Assembly: GCA_965235115.1 (NCBI GenBank)
Contig: OZ249436.1
Coordinates: 15,192,001 to 15,256,000 of the forward strand
Length of the DNA: 64,000 nucleotides
Source: Laetmonice hystrix
Lineage: Eukaryota
Direction of reading: 5' to 3'
In this document: positions 12,701 to 27,502 of the stretch, piece by piece
Numbering within the stretch: position 1 is the stretch's first letter
How the letters are laid out: every line of letters begins with the position of its first letter
Position numbers and translations under genes: made by a program
The notes under the pieces: generated by a model
Database searches by the model: none
Told to the model about the DNA's origin: nothing
The model's input: the letters and a program-made list of their open reading frames with translations, nothing else

Positions 12701-15700
12701 CAAATGACGTTGTACGCCTTTCCTATATCAGATACCCAATCCCCAGGTAAAAAAACGATTACAGAGATGTTGCAGGCAACCGCCAGGGTGCTGTGCTGGA
12801 GCGGCGGCTCCAACTGCACTGCCACCTTCCGGCTACCGGTGGAATCACCACGTATACCTGGCCGGGCTGCCAGGCACCTGTGGCGCTTAGGGGAGAGACA
12901 GGTTTCTGCAATGATAAGCGAAAAATGTCCTCATTTTTGATACGTCAATTTGAAACTGCGCCCCCGAAATTATGATTGTTAGGCCAGATGTATAAATGTC
13001 AAACCTATTGGTCTCGTACGTTCGCTACAGATAAATGGTTGTGATATGTATACTTCCCGTTTGAGTATCTTGTCCAAATTTTAACATTATATGCTCCTCG
13101 CCTGTACCTTTCATTTCCACTGCGTCACTGTACTGTTTGCATGGGTAGTAGGCCAGCTTGTAAGATGTACGGACTCTTCACTGTGCTGTTTGGCCTCCCA
13201 TTCTGCTTCGCCTCACAGTATACTGTTTGGCCTCACTGTACTGTTTGGCCTCACTGTAGTGTTTGCTTGGGTACTAGACCAGGCAGTACCTTGTGGGGAT
13301 TCCTCACTGTACTGTTTGGCCTTCCTGTACTCTTTGGCCTCACTCTACTGCTTGCTTGTATACAACCGTAGCCAGTAGTGTACGGATGCCTCATGTTTCA
13401 TGTTTGCATGCCTTTATTGTCCAGGAGGCAGGCCATACGTTTCGTCTATCATTTACTCCCATCTCATCTGTGTCCCCTACAGACCATCTGTAAGTGTTCG
13501 ACAACGTTGTCAGGTAGTGCCAATGGCTGTTTGCCGTAAAGGTTTAATTAACAATGGCAAATGACGTTCTACGCCTTTCCTATATCAGATATCCCATCAC
13601 CAAGTGAAAAACGATTACAGAGATGTTGCAGACAACCGCCAGGGTGCTGTGCTGACGCGGTGACTCCGACTGCACTGCCACCTTCCGGCTACCGGTGGAA
13701 TCACCACGTATACCTGGCACGGCTTCCAGGCACCTGTGGCGCTTAGGGGAGAGACAGGTTTCTGCAATGATAAGTGAAAAATGGCCTCATTTTTGATACG
13801 TCAATTTGAAACTACGCCCCCGAAATTATGATTGTTAGGCCAGATCTATAAATGTCAAACCTATTGGTCTCGTACGTTCGCTACAGATAAATAGTTGTGA
13901 TATGTATATTTCGCATTTGAGTATCTTCTCCACATTTTAACATTAGATGCTCCTCGCCTGTATATTTCATTTCCACTACCTCACTTTACTGTTTGCATGG
14001 GTAGTAGGCCAGCTGGTAAGATGTACGGATTCCTCACTGTACTGTTTGGCCTCCTATACTGCTTTGCCTCACTGTCCTCTTTGGCCTCACTGTAGTGTTT
14101 GCTTGGGTACTAGGCCAGGCAGTACCTTGTGGGGATTCCTCACTCTACTGTTTGGCCTTCCTGTACTCTTTGGCCTCACTCTACTGCTTGCTTGTATACA
14201 ACCGTAGCCAGTAGTATACGGATGCCTCATGTTTCATGTTTGCATGCCTTTATTGTCCAGGAGGCAGGCCATACGTTTCGTCTATCATTTACTCCCATCT
14301 CATCTGTGTCCCCTACAGACCATCTGTAAGGGTCCGACAACGTTGTCAGGTAGTGCCAATGGCTGTTTGCCGAAAAAGTTTATTTAACAATGGCAAATGA
14401 CGTTGTACGCCTTTCCTATATCAGATACCCAATCCCCAAGTAAAAAAACGATTACAGAGATGTTGCAGGCAACCGCCAGGGTGCTGTGCTGGAGCGGCGG
14501 CTCCAACTGCACTGCCACCTTCCGACTACCGGTGGAATCACCACGTATACCTGGCCGGGCTGCCAGGCACCTGTGGCGCTTAGGGGAGAGACAGGTTTCT
14601 GCAATGATAAGCGAAAAATGTTCTCATTTTTGATACGTCAATTTGAAACTACGCCCCCGAAATTATGATTGTTAGGCCAGATATATAAATGTCAAACGTA
14701 TACGTCTAGTACGTTCGCTACAGATAAATGGTTGTGATATGTATACTTCCCGGTTGAATATCTTCTCCAAATTTTAACATTAGATGCTCCTCGCCTGTAC
14801 CTTTCATTTCCACTACGTCACTGTATGGTTTGCATGGGTAGTAGGCCAGCTGGTAAGATGTACGGACTCTTCACTGTACTGTTTGGCCTCCCATTCTGCT
14901 TGGCCTCACAGTATACTGTTTGGCCTCACTGTAGTGTTTGATTGGGTACTAGGCCAGGCAGTACCTTGTGGGGATTCCTCACTGTACTGTTTGGCCTTCT
15001 TGTACTCTTTGGCCTCACTCTACTGCTTGCTTGTATACAACCATAGCCAGTAGTATACGGATGCCTCATGTTTCATGTTTGCATGCCTTTATTGTCCAGG
15101 AGGCAGGCCATACGTTTCGTCAATCATTTACTCCCATCTCATCTGTGTCCCCTACAGACCATCTGTAAGGGTCCGACAACGTTGTCAGGTAGTGCCAATG
15201 GCTGTTTGCCGTAAAGGTTTAATTATCAATGGCAAATGACGTTCTACGCCTTTCCTATATCAGATACCCAATCCCCAAGTAAAAAAACGATTACAGAGAT
15301 GTTGCAGGCAACCGCCAGGGTGCTGTGCTGGAGCGGCGGCTCCAACTGCACTGCCACCTTCCGGCTACCGGTGGAATCACCACGTATACCTGGCCGGGCT
15401 GCCAGGCACCTGTGGCGCTTAGGGGAGAGACAGGTTTCTGCAATGATAAGCGAAAAAAGTTCTCATTTTTGATACGTCAATTTGAAACTACGCCCCCGAA
15501 ATTATGATTGTTAGACCAGATGTATAAATGTCAAACCTATTGGTCTCGTACGTTCGCTACAGATAAATGGTTGTGATATGTATACTTTCCGTTTAAATAT
15601 CTTTTCCAAATTTTAACATTAGATGCTCCTCGCCTGTACCTTTCATTTCCACTACGTCACTGTATGGTTTGCATGGGTAGTAGGCCAGCTGGTAAGATGT

Positions 15701-18700
15701 ACGGACTCTTCACTGTACTGTTTGGCCTCCCATTCTGCTTGGCCTCACAGTATACTGTTTGGCCTCACTGTAGTGTTTGCTTGGGTACTAGGCCAGGCAG
15801 TACCTTGTGGGGATTCCTCACTGTACTGTTTGGCCTTCTTGTACTCTTTGGCCTCACTCTACTGCTTGCTTGTATACAACCGTAGCCAGTAGTATACGGA
15901 TGCCTCATGTCTCATGTTTGCATGCCTTTATTGTCCAGGAGGCAGGCCATACGTCTCGTCTATCATTTACTCCCATCTCATCTGTGTCCCCTACAGACCA
16001 TCTGTAAGGGTCCGACAACGTTGTCAGGTAGTGCCAATAGCTGTTTGCCGTAAAGGTTTAATTAACAATGGCAAATGACGTTCTACGCCTTTCCTATATC
16101 AGATATCCCATCCCCAAGTGAAAAACGATTACAGAGATGTTGCAGGCAACCGCCAGGGTGCTGTGCTGAAGCGGTGGCTCCGACTGCACTGCCACCTTCC
16201 GGCTACCGGTGGAATCACCACGTTTACCTGGCCGGGCTGGCAGCCACCTGTGGCGCTTAGGGGAGAGACAGGTTTCTGCAATATTAAGCGAAAAATGGCC
16301 TCATTTTTTATACGTCAATTTGAAACTACGCCCCCGAAATTATGATGGTTAGGCCAGATGTATAAATGTCAAACCTATTGGTCTCGTACGTTCGCTACAG
16401 ATAAATGGTTGTGATATGTATACTTCCCGTTTGAGTATCTTGTCCAAATTTTAACATTATATGCTCCTCGCCTGTACCTTTCATTTCCACTACGTCACTG
16501 TACTGTTTGGATGGGTAGTAGGCCAGCTTGTAAGATGTACGGACTCTTCACTGTGCTGTTTGGCCTCCCATTCTGCTTCGCCTCACAGTATACTGTTTGG
16601 CCTCACTGTACTGTTTGGCCTCACTGTAGTGTTTGCTTGGGTACTAGGCCAGGCAGTACCTTGTGGGGATTCCTCACTGTACTGTTTGGCCTTCCTGTAC
16701 TCTTTGGCCTCACTCTACTGCTTGCTTGTATACAACCGTAGCCAGTAGTGTACGGATGCCTCATGTTTCATGTTTGCATGCCTTTATTGTCCAGGAGGCA
16801 GGCCATACGTTTCGTCTATCATTTACTCCCATCTCATCTGTGTCCCCTACAGACCATCTGTAAGTGTTCGACAACGTTGTCAGGTAGTGCCAATGGCTGT
16901 TTGCCGTAAAGGTTTAATTAACAATGGCAAATGACGTTCTACGCCTTTCCTATATCAGATATCCCATCACCAAGTGAAAAACGATTACAGAGATGTTGCA
17001 GACAACCGCCAGGGTGCTGTGCTGACGCGGTGACTCCGACTGCACTGCCACCTTCCGGCTACCGGTGGAATCACCACGTATACCTGGCACGGCTTCCAGG
17101 CACCTGTGGCGCTTAGGGGAGAGACAGGTTTCTGCAATGATAAGTGAAAAAAGGCCTCATTTTTGATACGTCAATTTCAAACTACGCCCCCGAAATTATG
17201 ATTGTTAGGCCAGATCTATAAATGTCAAACCTATTGGTCTCGTACGTTCGCTACAGATAAATAGTTGTGATATGTATATTTCGCATTTGAGTATCTTCTC
17301 CACATTTTAACATTAGATGCTCCTCGCCTGTATATTTCATTTCCACTACCTCACTTTACTGTTTGCATGGGTAGTAGGCCAGCTGCTAAGATGTACGGAT
17401 TCCTCACTGTACTGTTTGGCCTCCTATACTGCTTTGCCTCACTGTCCTCTTTGGCCTCACTGTAGTGTTTGCTTGGGTACTAGGCCAGGCAGTACCTTGT
17501 GGGGATTCCTCACTCTACTGTTTGGCCTTCCTGTACTCTTTGGCCTCACTCTACTGCTTGCTTGTATACAACCGTAGCCAGTAGTATACGGATGCCTCAT
17601 GTTTCATGTTTGCATGCCTTTATTGTCCAGGAGGCAGGCCATACGTTTCGTCTATCATTTACTCCCATCTCATCTGTGTCCCCTACAGACCATCTGTAAG
17701 GGTCCGACAACGTTGTCAGGTAGTGCCAATGGCTGTTTGCCGAAAAAGTTTATTTAACAATGGCAAATGACGTTGTACGCCTTTCCTATATCAGATACCC
17801 AATCCCCAAGTAAAAAAACGATTACAGAGATGTTGCAGGCAACCGCCAGGGTGCTGTGCTGGAGCGGCGGCTCCAACTGCACTGCCACCTTCCGGCTACC
17901 GGTGGAATCACCACGTATACCTGGCCGGGCTGCCAGGCACCTGTGGCGCTTAGGGGAGAGACAGGTTTCTGCAATGATAAGCGAAAAATGTTCTCATTTT
18001 TGATACGTCAATTTGAAACTACGCCCCCGAAATTATGATTGTTAGGCCAGATATATAAATGTCAAACGTATACGTCTCGTACGTTCGCTACAGATAAATG
18101 GTTGTGATATGTATACTTCCCGTTTGAATATCTTCTCCAAATTTTAACATTAGATGCTCCTCGCCTGTACCTTTCATTTCCACTACGTCACTGTATGGTT
18201 TGCATGGGTAGTAGGCCAGCTGGTAAGATGTACGGACTCTTCACTGTACTGTTTGGCCTCCCATTCTGCTTGGCCTCACAGTATACTGTTTGGCCTCACT
18301 GTAGTGTTTGCTTGGGTACTAGGCCAGGCAGTACCTTGTGGGGATTCCTCACTGTACTGTTTGGCCTTCTTGTACTCTTTGGCCTCACTCTACTGCTTGC
18401 TTGTATACAACCATAGCCAGTAGTATACGGATGCCTCATGTTTCATGTTTGCATGCCTTTATTGTCCAGGAGGCAGGCCATACGTTTCGTCAATCATTTA
18501 CTCCCATCTCATCTGTGTCCCCTACAGACCATCTGTAAGGGTCCGACAACGTTGTCAGGTAGTGCCAATGGCTGTTTGCCGTAAAGGTTTAATTATCAAT
18601 GGCAAATGACGTTCTACGCCTTTCCTATATCAGATACCCAATCCCCAAGTAAAAAAACGATTACAGAGATGTTGCAGGCAACCGCCAGGGTGCTGTGCTG

Positions 18701-21700
18701 GAGCGGCGGCTCCAACTGCACTGCCACCTTCCGGCTACCGGTGGAATCACCACGTATACCTGGCCGGGCTGCCAGGCACCTGTGGCGCTTAGGGGAAAGA
18801 CAGGTTTCTGCAATGATAAGCGAAAAATGTCCTCATTTTTGATACGTCAATTTGAAACTACGCCCCCGAAATTATGATTGTTAGGCCAGATGTATAAATG
18901 TCAAACCTATTGGTCTCGTACGTTCGCTACAGATAAATGGTTGTGATATGTATACTTCCCGTTTGAGTATCTTGTCCAAATTTTAACATTAGATGCTCCT
19001 CGCCTGTACCTTTCATTTCCACTGCGTCACTGTACTGTTTGCATGGGTAGTAGGCCAGCTTGTAAGATGTACGGACTTTTCACTGTACTGTTTGGCCTCC
19101 CATTCTGCTTGGCCTCACAGTATACTGTTTGGCCTCACTGTACTGTTTGGCCTCACTGTAGTGTTTGCTTGGGTACTAGGCCAGGCAGTACCTTCTGGGG
19201 ATTCCTCACTGTACTGTTTGGCCTCACTCTACTGCTTGCTTGTATACAACCGTAGCCAGTAGTATACGGATGCCTCATGTTTCATGTTTGCATGCCTTTA
19301 TTGTCCAGGAGGCAGGCCATACGTTTCGTCTATCATTTACTCCCATCTCATCTGTGTCCCCTACAGACCATCTGTAAGGGTCCGACAACGTTGTCAGGTA
19401 GTGCCAATGGCTGTTTGCCGAAAAAGTTTATTTAACAATGGCAAATGACGTTGTACGCCTTTCCTATATCAGATACCCAATCCCCAGGTAAAAAAACGAT
19501 TACAGAGATGTTGCAGGCAACCGCCAGGGTGCTGTGCTGGAGCGGCGGCTCCAACTGCACTGCCACCTTCCGGCTACCGGTGGAATCACCACGTATACCT
19601 GGCCGGGCTGCCAGGCACCTGTGGCGCTTAGGGGAGAGACAGGTTTCTGCAATGATAAGCGAAAAATGTCCTCATTTTTGATACGTCAATTTGAAACTGC
19701 GCCCCCGAAATTATGATTGTTAGGCCAGATGTATAAATGTCAAACCTATTGGTCTCGTACGTTCGCTACAGATAAATGGTTGTGATATGTATACTTCCCG
19801 TTTGAGTATCTTGTCCAAATTTTAACATTATATGCTCCTCGCCTGTACCTTTCATTTCCACTGCGTCACTGTACTGTTTGCATGGGTAGTAGGCCAGCTT
19901 GTAAGATGTACGGACTCTTCACTGTGCTGTTTGGCCTCCCATTCTGCTTCGCCTCACAGTATACTGTTTGGCCTCACTGTACTGTTTGGCCTCACTGTAG
20001 TGTTTGCTTGGGTACTAGACCAGGCAGTACCTTGTGGGGATTCCTCACTGTACTGTTTGGCCTTCCTGTACTCTTTGGCCTCACTCTACTGCTTGCTTGT
20101 ATACAACCGTAGCCAGTAGTGTACGGATGCCTCATGTTTCATGTTTGCATGCCTTTATTGTCCAGGAGGCAGGCCATACGTTTCGTCTATCATTTACTCC
20201 CATCTCATCTGTGTCCCCTACAGACCATCTGTAAGTGTTCGACAACGTTGTCAGGTAGTGCCAATGGCTGTTTGCCGTAAAGGTTTAATTAACAATGGCA
20301 AATGACGTTCTACGCCTTTCCTATATCAGATATCCCATCACCAAGTGAAAAACGATTACAGAGATGTTGCAGGCAACCGCCAGGGTGCTGTGCTGAAGCG
20401 GTGGCTCCGACTGCACTGCCACCTTCCGGCTACCGGTGGAATCACCACGTATACCTGGCCCGGCTTCCAGGCACCTGTGGCGCTTAGGGGAGAGACAGGT
20501 TTCTGCAATGATAAGCGAAAAATGGCCGCATTTTTGATACGTCAATTTGAAACTACGCCCCCGAAATTATGATTGTTAGGCCAGATGTATAAATGTCAAA
20601 CCTATTGGTCTCGTACGTTCGCTACAGATAAATGGTTGTGATATGTATACTTCCCGTTTGAGTATCTTGTTCAAATTTTAACATTAGATGCTCCTCGCAT
20701 GTACCTTTCATTTCCACTGCGTCACTGTACTGTTTGCATGGGTAGTAGGCCAGCTTGTAAGATGTACGGACTCTTCACTGTGCTGTTTGGCCTCCCATTC
20801 TGCTTCGCCTCACAGTATACTGCTTTGCCTCACTGTTCTGTTTGGCCTCACTGTAGTGTTTGCTTGGGTACTAGGCCAGGCAGTACCTTGTGGGGATTCC
20901 TCACTCTACTGTTTGGCCTTCCTGTACTCTTTGGCCTCACTCTACTGCTTGCTTGTATAGAACCGTAGCCAGTAGTGTACGGATGCCTCATGTTTCATGT
21001 TTGCATGCCTTTGTTGTCCAGGAGGCAGGCCATACGTTTCGTCTATCATTTACTCCCATCTCATCTGTGTCCCCTACAGACCATCTGTAAGGGTCCGACA
21101 ACGTTGTCAGGTAGTGCCAATGGCTGTTTGCCGTAAAGGTTTAATTAACAATGGCAAATGACGTTCTACGCCTTTCCTATATCAGATATCCCATCACCAA
21201 GTGAAAAACGATTACAGAGATGTTGCAGACAACCGCCAGGGTGCTGTGCTGACGCGGTGACTCCGACTGCACTGCCACCTTCCGGCTACCGGTGGAATCA
21301 CGACGTATACCTGGCACGGCTTCCAGGCACCTGTGGCGCTTAGGGGAGAGACAGGTTTCTGCAATGATAAGTGAAAAAAGGCCTCATTTTTGATACGTCC
21401 ATTTCAAACTACGCCCCCGAAATTATGATTGTTAGGCCAGATCTATAAATGTCAAACCTATTGGTCTCGTACGTTCGCTACAGATAAATAGTTGTGATAT
21501 GTATATTTCGCATTTGAGTATCTTCTCCACATTTTAACATTAGATGCTCCTCGCCTGTATATTTCATTTCCACTACCTCACTTTACTGTTTGCATGGGTA
21601 GTAGGCCAGCTGGTAAGATGTACGGATTCCTCACTGTACTGTTTGGCCTCCTATACTGCTTTGCCTCACTGTCCTCTTTGGCCTCACTGTAGTGTTTGCT

Positions 21701-22931
21701 TGGGTACTAGGCCAGGCAGTACCTTGTGGGGATTCCTCACTCTACTGTTTGGCCTTCCTGTACTCTTTGGCCTCACTCTACTGCTTGCTTGTATACAACC
21801 GTAGCCAGTAGTATACGGATGCCTCATGTTTCATGTTTGCATGCCTTTATTGTCCAGGAGGCAGGCCATACGTTTCGTCTATCATTTACTCCCATCTCAT
21901 CTGTGTCCCCTACAGACCATCTGTAAGGGTCCGACAACGTTGTCAGGTAGTGCCAATGGCTGTTTGCCGAAAAAGTTTATTTAACAATGGCAAATGACGT
22001 TGTACGCCTTTCCTATATCAGATACCCAATCCCCAAGTAAAAAAACGATTACAGAGATGTTGCAGGCAACCGCCAGGGTGCTGTGCTGGAGCGGCGGCTC
22101 CAACTGCACTGCCACCTTCCGGCTACCGGTGGAATCACCACGTATACCTGGCCGGGCTGCCAGGCACCTGTGGCGCTTAGGGGAGAGACAGGTTTCTGCA
22201 ATGATAAGCGAAAAATGTTCTCATTTTTGATACGTCAATTTGAAACTACGCCCCCGAAATTATGATTGTTAGGCCAGATATATAAATGTCAAACGTATAC
22301 GTCTCGTACGTTCGCTACAGATAAATGGTTGTGATATGTATACTTCCCGTTTGAATATCTTCTCCAAATTTTAACATTAGATGCTCCTCGCCTGTACCTT
22401 TCATTTCCACTACGTCACTGTATGGTTTGCATGGGTAGTAGGCCAGCTGGTAAGATGTACGGACTCTTCACTGTACTGTTTGGCCTCCCATTCTGCTTGG
22501 CCTCACAGTATACTGTTTGGCCTCACTGTAGTGTTTGCTTGGGTACTAGGCCAGGCAGTACCTTGTGGGGATTCCTCACTGTACTGTTTGGCCTTCTTGT
22601 ACTCTTTGGCCTCACTCTACTGCTTGCTTGTATACAACCGTAGCCAGTAGTATACGGATGCCTCATGTCTCATGTTTGCATGCCTTTATTGTCCAGGAGG
22701 CAGGCCATACGTCTCGTCTATCATTTACTCCCATCTCATCTGTGTCCCCTACAGACCATCTGTAAGGGTCCGACAACGTTGTCAGGTAGTGCCAATAGCT
22801 GTTTGCCGTAAAGGTTTAATTAACAATGGCAAATGACGTTCTACGCCTTTCCTATATCAGATATCCCATCCCCAAGTGAAAAACGATTACAGAGATGTTG
22901 CAGGCAACCGCCAGGGTGCTGTGCTGAAGCG

Positions 22932-23524
22932 CATTCGGGACTCCCTCGGGCATATGACGTCACTTCCTGCTATTCGAATATACCCTCGGGTTGAATAGCG
23001 GCCATGTTTGGCAACCAGATACACGGCCAAATGGAGGTGTGTAGCGAGGCACTGAGTGAACCGTCATATCCCATCGAGCCAGGAAGTAGTGCATTATTGA
23101 CACCTGCTCCTTCGGCGTTGTATGTGTAAATATAAATTTCTGGTATGAAGGGGAACGTTTGAAGAAGAAAAATGAATCACCCGATTTACCTAAATGGGCG
23201 TCAATACGGTAATTTATTAAATTCTGGGAAGCAATATGGCCGCGCCCATGTACGACACTGGCCCGACACATGGTAGGACTACTTGTAATCATGTTGTAAT
23301 TTAAGTTGTATCATGACATGATACTATTGTAATATTGCCCACTGACTTCGGGGAAAGCATTGTAGGCCTATTTTAGTTGCTTCCATGCCTGATGCAGACA
23401 AAATACTGCAAGCACTGCCATGCTCTCGAGAGTCCCGGCTAAATGTACCCGCGATGCAATGCTCAAAATGGCACCTATTTCACCCGAGGCTACTTTCGAA
23501 GATATGGCCGAGGATTCCCGAATG
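22932..23524. mobile_element. 593-bp non-autonomous TIR DNA transposon (MITE), copy 1, with a 9-bp TSD; superfamily uncertain (Mutator-like by TSD length)
   Basis: Flanked by GCTGAAGCG at 22923-22931 and 23525-23533, which is single-copy in empty monomers. Ends are CATTCGGGACTCCCTCGGGCATAT and ATATGGCCGAGGATTCCCGAATG, an imperfect ~23-bp TIR with the outer 9 bp perfect. No transposase ORF. Confidence 0.93.
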
Positions 23525-26500
23525 GCTGAAGCGGTGGCTCCGACTGCACTGCCACCTTCCGGCTACCGGTGGAATCACCACGTTTACCTGGCCGGGCTGG
23601 CAGCCACCTGTGGCGCTTAGGGGAGAGACAGGTTTCTGCAATGATAAGCGAAAAATGGCCTCATTTTTTATACGTCAATTTGAAACTACGCCCCCGAAAT
23701 TATGATTGTTAGGCCAGATGTATAAATGTCAAACCTATTGGTCTCGTACGTTCGCTACAGATAAATGGTTGTGATATGTATACTTCCCGTTTGAGTATCT
23801 TTTCCAAATTTTAACATTAGATGCTCCTCGCCTGTACCTTTCATTTCCACTACGTCACTGTACTGTTTGCATGGGTAGTAGGCCAGCTTGTAAGATGTAC
23901 GGACTCTTCACTGTACTGTTTGGCCTCCCATTCTGCTTTGCCTAACGGTATAGAATCTACTGTTTGGCCTCCCTGTACTGTTTGGCCTCACTGTAGTGTT
24001 TGCTTGGGTACTAGGCCAGGCAGTACCTTCTGGGGATTCCTCACTGTACTGTTTGGCCTCACTCTACTGCTTGCTTGTATACAACCGTAGCCAGTAGTAT
24101 ACGGATGCCTCATGTTTCATGTTTGCATGCCTTTATTGTCCAGGAGGCAGGCCATACGTTTCGTCTATCATTTACTCCCATCTCATCTGTGTCCCCTACA
24201 GACCATCTGTAAGTGTTCGACAACGTTGTCAGGTAGTGCCAATGGCTGTTTGCCGTAAAGGTTTAATTAACAATGGCAAATGACGTTCTACGCCTTTCCT
24301 ATATCAGATATCCCATCACCAAGTGAAAAACGATTACAGAGATGTTGCAGGCAACCGCCAGGGTGCTGTGCTGAAGCGGTGGCTCCGACTGCACTGCCAC
24401 CTTCCGGCTACCGGTGGAATCACCACGTATACCTGGCCCGGCTTCCAGGCACCTGTGGCGCTTAGGGGAGAGACAGGTTTCTGCAATGATAAGCGAAAAA
24501 TGGCCGCATTTTTGATACGTCAATTTGAAACTACGCCCCCGAAATTATGATTGTTAGGCCAGATGTATAAATGTCAAACCTATTGGTCTCGTACGTTCGC
24601 TACAGATAAATGGTTGTGATATGTATACTTCCCGTTTGAGTATCTTGTTCAAATTTTAACATTAGATGCTCCTCGCATGTACCTTTCATTTCCACTGCGT
24701 CACTGTACTGTTTGCATGGGTAGTAGGCCAGCTTGTAAGATGTACGGACTCTTCACTGTGCTGTTTGGCCTCCCATTCTGCTTCGCCTCACAGTATACTG
24801 CTTTGCCTCACTGTTCTGTTTGGCCTCACTGTAGTGTTTGCTTGGGTACTAGGCCAGGCAGTACCTTGTGGGGATTCCTCACTCTACTGTTTGGCCTTCC
24901 TGTACTCTTTGGCCTCACTCTACTGCTTGCTTGTATAGAACCGTAGCCAGTAGTGTACAGATGCCTCATGTTTCATGTTTGCATGCCTTTGTTGTCCAGG
25001 AGGCAGGCCATACGTTTCGTCTATCATTTACTCCCATCTCATCTGTGTCCCCTACAGACCATCTGTAAGGGTCCGACAACGTTGTCAGGTAGTGCCAATG
25101 GCTGTTTGCCGTAAAGGTTTAATTAACAATGGCAAATGACGTTCTACGCCTTTCCTATATCAGATATCCCATCACCAAGTGAAAAACGATTACAGAGATG
25201 TTGCAGACAACCGCCAGGGTGCTGTGCTGACGCGGTGACTCCGACTGCACTGCCACCTTCCGGCTACCGGTGGAATCACGACGTATACCTGGCACGGCTT
25301 CCAGGCACCTGTGGCGCTTAGGGGAGAGACAGGTTTCTGCAATGATAAGTGAAAAAAGGCCTCATTTTTGATACGTCCATTTCAAACTACGCCCCCGAAA
25401 TTATGATTGTTAGGCCAGATCTATAAATGTCAAACCTATTGGTCTCGTACGTTCGCTACAGATAAATAGTTGTGATATGTATATTTCGCATTTGAGTATC
25501 TTCTCCACATTTTAACATTAGATGCTCCTCGCCTGTATATTTCATTTCCACTACCTCACTTTACTGTTTGCATGGGTAGTAGGCCAGCTGGTAAGATGTA
25601 CGGATTCCTCACTGTACTGTTTGGCCTCCTATACTGCTTTGCCTCACTGTCCTCTTTGGCCTCACTGTAGTGTTTGCTTGGGTACTAGGCCAGGCAGTAC
25701 CTTGTGGGGATTCCTCACTCTACTGTTTGGCCTTCCTGTACTCTTTGGCCTCACTCTACTGCTTGCTTGTATACAACCGTAGCCAGTAGTATACGGATGC
25801 CTCATGTTTCATGTTTGCATGCCTTTATTGTCCAGGAGGCAGGCCATACGTTTCGTCTATCATTTACTCCCATCTCATCTGTGTCCCCTACAGACCATCT
25901 GTAAGGGTCCGACAACGTTGTCAGGTAGTGCCAATGGCTGTTTGCCGAAAAAGTTTATTTAACAATGGCAAATGACGTTGTACGCCTTTCCTATATCAGA
26001 TACCCAATCCCCAAGTAAAAAAACGATTACAGAGATGTTGCAGGCAACCGCCAGGGTGCTGTGCTGGAGCGGCGGCTCCAACTGCACTGCCACCTTCCGG
26101 CTACCGGTGGAATCACCACGTATACCTGGCCGGGCTGCCAGGCACCTGTGGCGCTTAGGGGAGAGACAGGTTTCTGCAATGATAAGCGAAAAATGTTCTC
26201 ATTTTTGATACGTCAATTTGAAACTACGCCCCCGAAATTATGATTGTTAGGCCAGATATATAAATGTCAAACGTATACGTCTCGTACGTTCGCTACAGAT
26301 AAATGGTTGTGATATGTATACTTCCCGTTTGAATATCTTCTCCAAATTTTAACATTAGATGCTCCTCGCCTGTACCTTTCATTTCCACTACGTCACTGTA
26401 TGGTTTGCATGGGTAGTAGGCCAGCTGGTAAGATGTACGGACTCTTCACTGTACTGTTTGGCCTCCCATTCTGCTTGGCCTCACAGTATACTGTTTGGCC

Positions 26501-26909
26501 TCACTGTAGTGTTTGCTTGGGTACTAGGCCAGGCAGTACCTTGTGGGGATTCCTCACTGTACTGTTTGGCCTTCTTGTACTCTTTGGCCTCACTCTACTG
26601 CTTGCTTGTATACAACCGTAGCCAGTAGTATACGGATGCCTCATGTCTCATGTTTGCATGCCTTTATTGTCCAGGAGGCAGGCCATACGTCTCGTCTATC
26701 ATTTACTCCCATCTCATCTGTGTCCCCTACAGACCATCTGTAAGGGTCCGACAACGTTGTCAGGTAGTGCCAATAGCTGTTTGCCGTAAAGGTTTAATTA
26801 ACAATGGCAAATGACGTTCTACGCCTTTCCTATATCAGATATCCCATCCCCAAGTGAAAAACGATTACAGAGATGTTGCAGGCAACCGCCAGGGTGCTGT
26901 GCTGAAGCG

Positions 26910-27502
26910 CATTCGGGACTCCCTCGGGCATATGACGTCACTTCCTGCTATTCGAATATACCCTCGGGTTGAATAGCGGCCATGTTTGGCAACCAGATAC
27001 ACGGCCAAATGGAGGTGTGTAGCGAGGCACTGAGTGAACCGTCATATCCCATCGAGCCAGGAAGTAGTGCATTATTGACACCTGCTCCTTCGGCGTTGTA
27101 TGTGTAAATATAAATTTCTGGTATGAAGGGGAACGTTTGAAGAAGAAAAATGAATCACCCGATTTACCTAAATGGGCGTCAATACGGTAATTTATTAAAT
27201 TCTGGGAAGCAATATGGCCGCGCCCATGTACGACACTGGCCCGACACATGGTAGGACTACTTGTAATCATGTTGTAATTTAAGTTGTATCATGACATGAT
27301 ACTATTGTAATATTGCCCACTGACTTCGGGGAAAGCATTGTAGGCCTATTTTAGTTGCTTCCATGCCTGATGCAGACAAAATACTGCAAGCACTGCCATG
27401 CTCTCGAGAGTCCCGGCTAAATGTACCCGCGATGCAATGCTCAAAATGGCACCTATTTCACCCGAGGCTACTTTCGAAGATATGGCCGAGGATTCCCGAA
27501 TG
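26910..27502. mobile_element. 593-bp MITE, copy 2 (co-amplified with the satellite)
   Basis: Same sequence, TSD and monomer position as copy 1, 3978 bp downstream. Confidence 0.93.

Noticed and set aside
22960..23292. 110-aa minus-strand ORF inside the 593-bp MITE
   Set aside because: No transposase or other motif. It is conserved only because the copies are recent duplicates.
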